Below are positions 1-7,029 of a stretch of DNA of 55,086 nt, piece after piece. Numbering within the stretch: position 1 is the stretch's first letter; every line of letters begins with the position of its first letter. The notes below the pieces were generated by a model. The model was not told where the DNA came from, made no database searches, and saw nothing but the letters and a program-made list of their open reading frames with translations. The DNA is from a virus (taxonomy: Duplodnaviria; Caudoviricetes): IMG/VR virus record IMGVR_UViG_3300021976_000018, positions 1 through 55,086 of that record. One strand, given 5' to 3'. Made by a program: the position numbers and the translations under genes.

Positions 1-317
1 TCCGCCGACCCCCTGGGGGGAGGGGTCACCGAGGTCAGCCCAGGGTGTGGTGGTGTCGGTCGGCGGCTGGGCGTGCGACGCGCGTGGCGAGTCCTGGCGG
101 CCTGGCGTCCGGTCTTCGTCCGATGGCAGGTTCCGCACGCTGCTTGGAGGTTCTCCGGGCTGTGGTCGTCGTGGTCGTCGATGTGGTCGACATCGGTTGC
201 CGTGCCCTCGCAGTGCGGGCCACGCAGCTGGCAGGCCCAGCCGTCGCGCTCGAGGATGGCGAGGCGCAGCTTGGCCCAGCCTGGCGGTAGTGGTGACCGT
301 CGCCAGGCCTGCGCCAT
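1..317 (-). CDS. Terminase-associated HNH endonuclease (HK97 gp74-like), runs off the left end
   Basis: Translated by hand from ATG 317 (not in the ORF track): MAQAWRRSPLPPGWAKLRLAILERDGWACQLRGPHCEGTATDVDHIDDHDDHSPENLQAACGTCHRTKT, with the RD..C..C..VDH..NLQ..C..CH..KT pattern. Confidence 0.88.
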   Translation of the reverse strand, partial: MAQAWRRSPLPPGWAKLRLAILERDGWACQLRGPHCEGTATDVDHIDDHDDHSPENLQAACGTCHRTKTGRQAARTRHARRTPSRRPTPPHPGLTSVTPPPRGSA

Positions 318-321
318 GTGG

Positions 322-801
322 TCAGCTGCCGAGGTTGCGTTGCTGGGCTGAGGCGGTGAGGCAGTCGGTCACCACCGAGACGTCGGGGCCGAACGGGTCG
401 GCGTCGGTCAGGTTGGCGGCGTCCGGTAGGGCTGAGTGCTCAACGGCACTGCTTGATGCTGCGTACGGCTGGCCCGTGGTGTCGAACACCCAGACGTCGG
501 CCGAGGTGAGCCTGCTGCCGTCAGCTGCATTCACGTTGGCCATCACGTACCGGTAGCCGTTCAGCTCGGTGGTGAAGGCATCGGTCAGCGTGTTGCCAGC
601 ACCTGCGAGGGCTTGCTCGATCGCTTGGATGTCCGCTGGTGTCGCTGGGGTGCACCAGGTCGGCATCGGGATGGGCTCGGGTGGTGTCACTTCGTCCCCT
701 GCAGCCTGACCGACCGGTGTCGCCTCAGCCTCACCTCCCCCACCTGAGCACGCCGACAGGGTGATGAGTGCAGCTGCTGCTGCGATGGTTGCCCGCCACA
801 T
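322..801 (-). CDS. Lipoprotein of unknown function
   Basis: From ATG 801: MWRATIAAAAALITLSAC, a signal peptide with lipobox LSAC. Confidence 0.75.
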   Translation of the reverse strand: MWRATIAAAAALITLSACSGGGGEAEATPVGQAAGDEVTPPEPIPMPTWCTPATPADIQAIEQALAGAGNTLTDAFTTELNGYRYVMANVNAADGSRLTSADVWVFDTTGQPYAASSSAVEHSALPDAANLTDADPFGPDVSVVTDCLTASAQQRNLGS

Positions 802-958
802 GGTCAGCGAGGGTAGGCGACCGGTGCCGTGGGTTGGGCGCAGAACCCTTGAACTAGTTCGTGAAGGTACCAGACCGCGGTGCGTAACTACCACCACCTG
901 CGGTGATGCGGGTGGGAACAGTGGGAACATCTGGCGAAGCTCCGGCTCGTTCCAACCA

Positions 959-1252
959 TCACTTCTTCAGTGCCTTCGGGTTGCCGACAACGTTGTACTC
1001 AGGGCAGTAGCGGCCGATCAGCTCCCTCTCCAGCATCCTCGCCACATCGCGATTGGACCATTCCTCCCATGTGAGACGTTCCATCCGTTGCCACCACGCG
1101 CTGCTTTGACGATGGGATGCCATGCGGCCGAAGAGGTCGTCGGTGATGCCCACGTAGAGGACCTTGTTGTTGATGTCGTAGGCGACGTACACAAAGGTGC
1201 CGGCGTTGGCGGTGTACTGTCCTCGGCCTTCTGGCTTCCACCTCCGGGTCAT
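959..1252 (-). CDS. GIY-YIG nuclease domain protein
   Basis: FVYVAYD...LYVGITDD...R...H...E..LI...P.YN motif. ATG 1252 overlaps the upstream stop (ATGA). Confidence 0.85.
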   Translation of the reverse strand: MTRRWKPEGRGQYTANAGTFVYVAYDINNKVLYVGITDDLFGRMASHRQSSAWWQRMERLTWEEWSNRDVARMLERELIGRYCPEYNVVGNPKALKK

Positions 1253-1869
1253 GTCCGCACCCCGGCGCGGCCGGTAGCGAGTTGGGCGGCGCGTTCGTCG
1301 GCTATCTCGCGGGCCCGGCGGGTTGCGTGACGCCAGTCGGCGACGGTGCCGTCCGTGTGGGTTTCTCGCCAGCGGACGAACCGCATCCAGCACTTGGGGG
1401 CGAGCCCGGACTTGAGGCGGTCGGAGGACCCGTTCTGGCGTGGGGCGCAGAACGTGCCGCACCAGAACGGGCTGTCAGGGTCGTCGCCTCCGCAGGTGCA
1501 GTAGCCGGTCCCACCTGGGATGTTGTCGGCGGTGGTGGCGTGGTGGAGGACCGTGTCGACCCCGGACTCGACGGTGAGGGCTGCGGTGTGCAGTGCGCTG
1601 AGGTCGGCGTGTAGGCGCCGGTCTGCGTCTTCCCACTCGCCGGGACGCCACGGGTCGTCGCGGTCCTTCGGAGCGTTGTGCAGGGCGGCACGTTCCGTGG
1701 ATGTCGTGGGGTCGCTGGACCGGGCGCCGTTGCCACCTGTCGATGCCGGGAACCCGCGGGCGGCGAGGACCTCGGCCATCTCCAACGCCCGGCCGCCGTG
1801 GGTGTCGAGCTTGTTGGCCAGGCGTCGCAGGTAGCCGGCGAGTTGCTTCGGGGACGGATGGCCCTTCAC
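1249..1869 (-). CDS. Hypothetical protein with C-terminal Cys cluster (possible late regulator, by position only)
   Basis: GTG 1869 is coupled to the upstream stop. C-terminus CTC...WC..FC...RLKSGL..KC. Confidence 0.6.
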   Translation of the reverse strand: MKGHPSPKQLAGYLRRLANKLDTHGGRALEMAEVLAARGFPASTGGNGARSSDPTTSTERAALHNAPKDRDDPWRPGEWEDADRRLHADLSALHTAALTVESGVDTVLHHATTADNIPGGTGYCTCGGDDPDSPFWCGTFCAPRQNGSSDRLKSGLAPKCWMRFVRWRETHTDGTVADWRHATRRAREIADERAAQLATGRAGVRT

Positions 1870-2027
1870 CCGGTCGTGGTGCCTTCGTCGATGATGTGCC
1901 GCTCCGGGAAGCGGTCCAGCTCCAGCACCGCGCGCAGGTCGCTTGCCTCTACGGCGATGGGTCCGTCGTTGCGGCTGTCGGCGGGCAAAGCGTCGTGAAG
2001 GTGGGTGAGGGATGAGGGGATGGTCAC
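1866..2027 (-). CDS. Hypothetical protein
   Basis: GTGA overlaps at both ends. Confidence 0.5.
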   Translation of the reverse strand: MTIPSSLTHLHDALPADSRNDGPIAVEASDLRAVLELDRFPERHIIDEGTTTG

Positions 2028-2419
2028 GGGGTGTCCTTGGGGTCGATGGTGCTGTAACGGTCGAGGAAGGCGCTGGCCCACTTGTGAGGGCAGTCGTCGG
2101 GGTGGACGCGACCCATCGGGGTGAGGCAGAACCAGCACTCGCCGTCCTGCGAGTCGTACGGGGAGCGCACCGCGGCGAGCGCACGGACGATGGCGAGCAG
2201 CTCGTCGCGCTCCTCGTTGGCGATGCGGTCCTCCTCGGCCGCCAGCTTCTTGCGCTCCTTCGCCAGGAGCAGCTGGTAGTCGAGCGCCCGCCACAGCATG
2301 CTGATGTCCCGGTAGCGCTGGCCCTCCTCGGTGGCCTCGGCTGACGTGTTGCCGTCGGTGACGTTGTCGACCAACCAGCGGCGGATGCGCTCCAGGTCTT
2401 CGTCGCTGATTCGGCTCAC
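2024..2419 (-). CDS. Hypothetical protein (coiled coil plus CxxC...H..C motif)
   Basis: GTG 2419; ECWFC...HPDDCPH. Confidence 0.6.
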   Translation of the reverse strand: MSRISDEDLERIRRWLVDNVTDGNTSAEATEEGQRYRDISMLWRALDYQLLLAKERKKLAAEEDRIANEERDELLAIVRALAAVRSPYDSQDGECWFCLTPMGRVHPDDCPHKWASAFLDRYSTIDPKDTP

Positions 2420-2578
2420 TGCTTGTCGTCTCCTGTTCGCGGGCAACCCCAGGAGGGCATGCACTGGAGGGTGGGGTCAGGCATCGGGGGCTCGCTCGTA
2501 GCGCTTGAAGGCACCCGGTCCACCGGCGGTCTCCATCGCTTTCGTGAACAAGGCGATGGATTCGTCGTCCACGCAGTC

Positions 2579-2767
2579 TCAGCCGTCCATCCAGTCGCCC
2601 ACCAGCTCGACCACATCGAACAGCGAGCCACCATCGACGGCCTTCTGGAACACCGCCATGCAGACGCTCTCGAAGCGCGTCTGCGCCTCCAGGTAGGAGC
2701 CGATCCACATCTGCGCCGCGGCTTCCGCCTTCCTGAGGGCTGCGTCGGGCTCTTCGGCGTCACCCAT
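2579..2767 (-). CDS. Hypothetical protein
   Basis: ORF track; GGAG upstream; fits the operon packing. Confidence 0.55.
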   Translation of the reverse strand: MGDAEEPDAALRKAEAAAQMWIGSYLEAQTRFESVCMAVFQKAVDGGSLFDVVELVGDWMDG

Positions 2768-2918
2768 CTGTGGTCTCCTTCGCTGCTTTGGCGTCGCGTA
2801 GGGCTTCGGTAGCTATGTCGGAGCGGGTACGGGCAGTACGGGAGGCTTCGGCTTCCAGCCACTCCCAGAGGGCTATCGGCAAGGTGAGGGACTCGCGGTG
2901 GTAGTCGAAGGCCGTCAC
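2760..2918 (-). CDS. Ribbon-helix-helix (CopG-like) DNA-binding protein
   Basis: SLTLP..LWEWLEAEA.RT.RTRSDIATEAL. Confidence 0.65.
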   Translation of the reverse strand: MTAFDYHRESLTLPIALWEWLEAEASRTARTRSDIATEALRDAKAAKETTDG

Positions 2919-3613
2919 GCCGGTGTCTTTCGTCGGTACATGTCGGCTGGTGGCTTCCCGTCGATGAGGCATTCGGCGAGACGCTGGGGGGTGATGTCGT
3001 ACTCGTGCCACCAGTGCTGGGCTTGTTCGAGGTGTTCGGTGCGTGCGTTCTTGCTGGTGGTGCGGCGCCAGCTGGATTCGTTGGTGACGGTGCCGGGCTT
3101 CTGGCGTTCGAGCTTGAGTTGGGCATAGCGCTGCCAGGTTGCGACAGGAATGTCGTCGTCCACAGGTTGTGGATTCGGTCGTGAGTTACCAGAAGACGAG
3201 AGAACAGAAGTAGTAGTCGGGGATGGGGACGATGCAGGCGACGTCACAGCGTCTGTCCCGTTGGTGTCACGGCGTGACGTCGCCCGTGACCGCCGTTTGC
3301 GCTCGGCTGCTGCTTCACGTTCAGCGATGACTTGCTGACGTGAGGGATTGAAGTCGAGGTAGTCCGGGACGTGATACCGGGCTCCATGGTCCACCCACAA
3401 CGCGACGTCGACGGCTGAGATGGTGTCAGCGATGCTTGGCTCGACACCTGCGAGCGCTGCGACTGTTGGCAGGGCACGCTTGTCGATGTAGCCGTCGGTG
3501 AGGTTGCGGGCGCACCAGCAGAGGCCGGCGATGTAGAGAGCGCGGCCATCCACGCCGGCGAGCACTGCTTTGTGGTTGGTGTGAAAGGCGTCATCGAGCT
3601 TCACCCATGCCAC
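2915..3613 (-). CDS. Phage replication initiator protein
   Basis: N-terminal MAWVKLDD.F..NHK...LY..GL.WC..NLTDG.I...DYLDFNPS...R...ERKRRSR, typical of actinophage initiators. Confidence 0.75.
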   Translation of the reverse strand: MAWVKLDDAFHTNHKAVLAGVDGRALYIAGLCWCARNLTDGYIDKRALPTVAALAGVEPSIADTISAVDVALWVDHGARYHVPDYLDFNPSRQQVIAEREAAAERKRRSRATSRRDTNGTDAVTSPASSPSPTTTSVLSSSGNSRPNPQPVDDDIPVATWQRYAQLKLERQKPGTVTNESSWRRTTSKNARTEHLEQAQHWWHEYDITPQRLAECLIDGKPPADMYRRKTPA

Positions 3614-4296
3614 GGGTCGTCCTCGGACTCGGGGTAGAGGTCTGTGCGCTCGTCTGTCTCTGCGTCCCAGACGCCGGGGCGAGTCGCCTGGCGTTCCTTG
3701 CGCGGTGGTCTGAGCCTGTCGGGCCAGGTACGAATCCGCTTACCGGCCTTGGCCAGAGCGGTCCACGGAACATGAGCGAAGAACGAGTTGCCGCTATAAC
3801 GGAGCCGGTCCTGCTCGAATAGACCGTTATCGGTAGCGAACGTCACCAGGTCGACCGTGTGGACCACGGCAACGCTGTTGAGAACCCCATCGGTCGTGTA
3901 GGCGTGGACATGTAGCGATGGACAGAACCAGCCTGGGTTGGCCAAGGCGTGTTGGAGCTTCTCCAACTCCGTTCTCGAGCCCTTCTGCCGGGTAACCCGG
4001 ATTGTGAACGTGTCCCATGGCCAGTGGCCATCGGGGCTGGGTCGCCATTGCACCCTTGCCCCGATGCCACGGACGCCCCGGCCGGCTGCTATGTGCAGGT
4101 AGTCGATGCTGCACCGGTAGTCGAGGTGGTTGGCGAGCCGACGGTCGTCTCGGCTGCACCGGTCGCATGGCGTGCCCTCCACCGAGATGATCAGATCCTT
4201 CGGGTCGCCGACGATCATCGGCCTGACGACCGGTAGGACTAGCTCCTCGAACTCCTGTCTCTGGCGCTCGAAGTCGGTGCGGGTGCGCTCATCCAC
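3601..4296 (-). CDS. Hypothetical protein, possible restriction-endonuclease-like partner of the upstream methyltransferase
   Basis: Overlaps the MTase stop. LD...IDY...GIGARVQ...TFTIR..R..G..TE..K pattern. The ORF is clear; the function is inferred. Confidence 0.55.
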   Translation of the reverse strand: MDERTRTDFERQRQEFEELVLPVVRPMIVGDPKDLIISVEGTPCDRCSRDDRRLANHLDYRCSIDYLHIAAGRGVRGIGARVQWRPSPDGHWPWDTFTIRVTRQKGSRTELEKLQHALANPGWFCPSLHVHAYTTDGVLNSVAVVHTVDLVTFATDNGLFEQDRLRYSGNSFFAHVPWTALAKAGKRIRTWPDRLRPPRKERQATRPGVWDAETDERTDLYPESEDDPWHG

Positions 4297-5425
4297 GGCG
4301 CACTTCGATCCCTCGGGCCGCACACAGAGCGAGCCTGCCCTCATCTATGTCGGCACCCAGGGCCTCCATGCCAGCTCGGTAGCCGGCGTCGATGAACGTC
4401 CCGGTGCCGGCGAAGGGGTCGAGGAGGACGCCGCCGGATGCCCCGGCGTGCGTGATGAGCTTGTCGGCCAGGTCGTCCGGCTTCTGCCACGGGTCCAGAC
4501 GGCCATCGTGCCGTCCGTCTGGTGCTGAGATGTCGAGCACTGAGAACCGGTCGACGAGGCCGTCGAACGTCGGGGGCGGGGTATCGGGGCCAACGATGTG
4601 CAGGACGGCCTGCCAGTTCGGTGAGTAGCCGTGGCCGTCGGGGCCGATGGTGTTGCGCCACGTCCACACGAGGACGTTCTCGAAGTGCCAATCCTCGCCG
4701 CTGAGCACGTTGAGGTAGGCGCGGAGCTCGGGAGGGTAGGCACCGATGCACACGTAGGCGCGGCCGTCAGGCTTCAGTCGGCTGAGCGCTACTGGCAGCC
4801 ACCACGCAGCGAACGAGTCGATGTCATCCACGTCGGTCGAGTACGGCGGATCGGTGAGCAGCAGATCGGCTCCACCCTCCGGCTGGTCCTTCAGCCACTC
4901 GACGGCATCCAGGTACCAGACGACACCGGCAGCTGCGCGGCCGGCGAGGTACTGCTGGCGCTTGCGCTCGCCGTTGCGCCGCCGAACTTCGGAGCGAAGC
5001 GCCTGTACAGACCACGGCGACGGCCGGTCTTCATCGCCCGTTACGGCCAACTCCAGCAGCTCGTCCTGCTCGGGCGGCTCCAGCGCTGCCACTGCGTAGT
5101 GATGGCCGAACGAGAGATCCGTATGACGTCGTACGGTTTCAGCGAACTTGTCGGCCACCCAAGCGGCTTGCCTGCATGTCTCACCCGAATAGCCGGTCGG
5201 AGCGGCCTGCGATGAGGCCTCGCCGTAGGACCGCTCGCCGTAGCGCCACCAGTCCCCCAGCCACCACATGATGCTGCCCTCCATCGAGCGCAGCACTTCA
5301 CCCACAGCAGCCCAGTCCTCAAAGGGGATGCCCTCCGGCAAGTCGAGGCCCCGTGGGTTGGCGTACTTGAACAACCCTGCCGAAGGGGCCAGGACTTCAC
5401 CCGTCTCCGAGTTGACGAGGCTCAC
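4289..5425 (-). CDS. Beta-class N6A/N4C DNA methyltransferase with N-terminal LmbU-like domain
   Basis: LLLTDPPY precedes PWQKP and LLDPFAGTGT. N-terminus WWLGDW..YGE..YG...AWVA..F...RR...LSF.HH..VAAL....QDELL...WSV..LR. Confidence 0.88.
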   Translation of the reverse strand: MSLVNSETGEVLAPSAGLFKYANPRGLDLPEGIPFEDWAAVGEVLRSMEGSIMWWLGDWWRYGERSYGEASSQAAPTGYSGETCRQAAWVADKFAETVRRHTDLSFGHHYAVAALEPPEQDELLELAVTGDEDRPSPWSVQALRSEVRRRNGERKRQQYLAGRAAAGVVWYLDAVEWLKDQPEGGADLLLTDPPYSTDVDDIDSFAAWWLPVALSRLKPDGRAYVCIGAYPPELRAYLNVLSGEDWHFENVLVWTWRNTIGPDGHGYSPNWQAVLHIVGPDTPPPTFDGLVDRFSVLDISAPDGRHDGRLDPWQKPDDLADKLITHAGASGGVLLDPFAGTGTFIDAGYRAGMEALGADIDEGRLALCAARGIEVRRG

Positions 5426-5588
5426 CCAGTCACCTCGCACATCAGCGAGGCCGTACCATCCAACATGTCAGCTCCTCTATGCAGGTTGCTGGCCAGCCGG
5501 CGGGTCGTTCTCAGCGACGCCGCCGGCACTACGTTTTCCCTGCTCAGCATACTTGCTGGGAACACCCGTTCCGGTACGGGAAAGGCCG

Positions 5589-5927
5589 TCACTGGTCGTC
5601 GTTCTCCTTCACTCGTTCGGTGATCGGTTCGACGCGGTCGGACTTGTGGGAGCGCATCGGCGGCAACGGCGCCGGCGGGTCCTCGCGGCGTTTCGTCGCC
5701 GCGTCCCGGTGCTTGCGCATCCGCTGCCACTCCAACTCGGTGCCGGCGAACAGCGTCCAGCACTGGCCGCACATGTACGGCCAGTCCGGGTGCGGTGAGC
5801 GTTCGGCCTGGTCGTGCAGGCCGCATGCTGGGCAGGTGAGCAGGGATGGCACACCCGGCCCGACGCGGCCGTTCACCGGTGGTTCGTCCGGCGTCTCGTA
5901 CACGCCTGCACCGAGGTCGGAACTCAC
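5589..5927 (-). CDS. Zinc-ribbon protein
   Basis: CPAC...CGQC; GTG 5927. Confidence 0.6.
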   Translation of the reverse strand: MSSDLGAGVYETPDEPPVNGRVGPGVPSLLTCPACGLHDQAERSPHPDWPYMCGQCWTLFAGTELEWQRMRKHRDAATKRREDPPAPLPPMRSHKSDRVEPITERVKENDDQ

Positions 5928-6115
5928 GACGCTTCCCGTTCGGCCATCGCTCGCAGCCGGCGGGTCTCGTGGAAGATGCGGGCCCGGAGCACCTCCGGCG
6001 ACGAGTCCAACGGCACCTGCGAGACCTTCGCCCCGTGGTCGAGCAGCTCGGACCACAGGCCCAGCAGCTCCCGGGCGAGCGTCGTGTCACCCGTGTCACC
6101 CGTGTCACCCGGCAC
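5924..6115 (-). CDS. Hypothetical protein with GDT x3 N-terminal repeat
   Basis: ORF track; 9-bp tandem repeat near 6083-6110. Confidence 0.5.
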   Translation of the reverse strand: MPGDTGDTGDTTLARELLGLWSELLDHGAKVSQVPLDSSPEVLRARIFHETRRLRAMAEREAS

Positions 6116-6395
6116 GTTGCGCCATCCTTCGGACCCGGCGCAGCATGCGGCGTTCCTTCTCGGTGGCGCCCCACACGCCGTGGTCGATGTTGCGCTCCAG
6201 GGCGTACTCGAGGCACTCGGTACGGACCGGGCAGCCGGTGCACCAGTGCTCGACTACCTGGCGTTGCTTGGCGTACTCGATGGGGAACAGGGCGCCCGGT
6301 TCAGCTGTCCGACAGGACGCTCGGCGCATCCACGTGGTCGCGTCGAGGTCCAGAAGACCGACGACGGCCCGACGACGGTCACGCGGGTCAGCCAC
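6105..6395 (-). CDS. whiB: WhiB-family transcriptional regulator
   Basis: W...A.C...LFP...C..CPVR.ECL.YAL.....GVWGA.E.ERR, with four Cys and the GVWG turn. Confidence 0.93.
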   Translation of the reverse strand: MADPRDRRRAVVGLLDLDATTWMRRASCRTAEPGALFPIEYAKQRQVVEHWCTGCPVRTECLEYALERNIDHGVWGATEKERRMLRRVRRMAQRAG

Positions 6396-6567
6396 TCGCA
6401 GCGCTCCTTGCTAGGCGCCGGAGCCGACGCCGCTCGCGTTCGCTCAAGCCCCAGCGCTCACCGTCGCGGCCTCGCACGATGGTGGCCTCGTAGTCCTGGT
6501 CCCAGCGGTCGCAGAGTTCCCATGCTTCGCGCAGGGTCAGCTTGCGGCGCGGGGTCTCGGCCGTCAT
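6388..6567 (-). CDS. Hypothetical protein (59 aa)
   Basis: Translated by hand: MTAETPRRKLTLREAWELCDRWDQDYEATIVRG...; GGAGG RBS upstream. Confidence 0.55.
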   Translation of the reverse strand: MTAETPRRKLTLREAWELCDRWDQDYEATIVRGRDGERWGLSERERRRLRRLARSAASG

Positions 6568-6743
6568 GGGGTGGCCTCCGTGTCGGCTGTGAGTTCCTCT
6601 GCGGCGGCGAGCGCTCGCATGACCCGCTCGGCGGTGCTCAGGTAGCTGCCGGCGCCTTCACGGCGCAGCACGCAGCGGTTGCGGACCTTGCCGTCGGCGT
6701 ACTCGGTGATGGTGAGGTCGACGATGACGCTGATGTCAGCCAT
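6564..6743 (-). CDS. Hypothetical protein
   Basis: GGAGG RBS, ATG 6743. Confidence 0.55.
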   Translation of the reverse strand: MADISVIVDLTITEYADGKVRNRCVLRREGAGSYLSTAERVMRALAAAEELTADTEATP

Positions 6744-7029
6744 GGGTGGCCTCCGTGTCGAGGTAGTCGAGGGCGAGCTGGCCGTGTGGGAGCAAGCGGC
6801 GTCCGGTGGTGGCCTCGTAGGCGACGGCACGCCAGTCGACGTAGAAGCGGTCGATGTCGCGGCCTTCGCCGTGGCTGGCGGAGAACGGGTGGGTGACGAG
6901 CTCGGGTGGGAACGGCACCCACACGTGGTCGTGCAGCGGGAGGCCGACGCAGTCGTAGCGGGTGCAGGGCGCCCAGTCGTCGCCTCGGATGCCTGTCGCT
7001 TTGTCGTCGGGGTCGTACAGGACCATCAC
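6736..7029 (-). CDS. Hypothetical protein
   Basis: GTGA overlap with the MTase stop. Confidence 0.55.
   Translation of the reverse strand: MMVLYDPDDKATGIRGDDWAPCTRYDCVGLPLHDHVWVPFPPELVTHPFSASHGEGRDIDRFYVDWRAVAYEATTGRRLLPHGQLALDYLDTEATHG

Noticed and set aside
35-223. 62-aa Thr-rich ORF in the track
   Set aside because: Wrong frame of the real HNH gene starting at 317.
851-860. GAACTAGTTC as a second SOS box
   Set aside because: The spacer is 2 nt, not the 4 nt LexA requires.
6083-6110. 9-bp tandem repeat as a phase-variation switch
   Set aside because: The unit is a multiple of three with only three copies, so slippage would not shift the frame.
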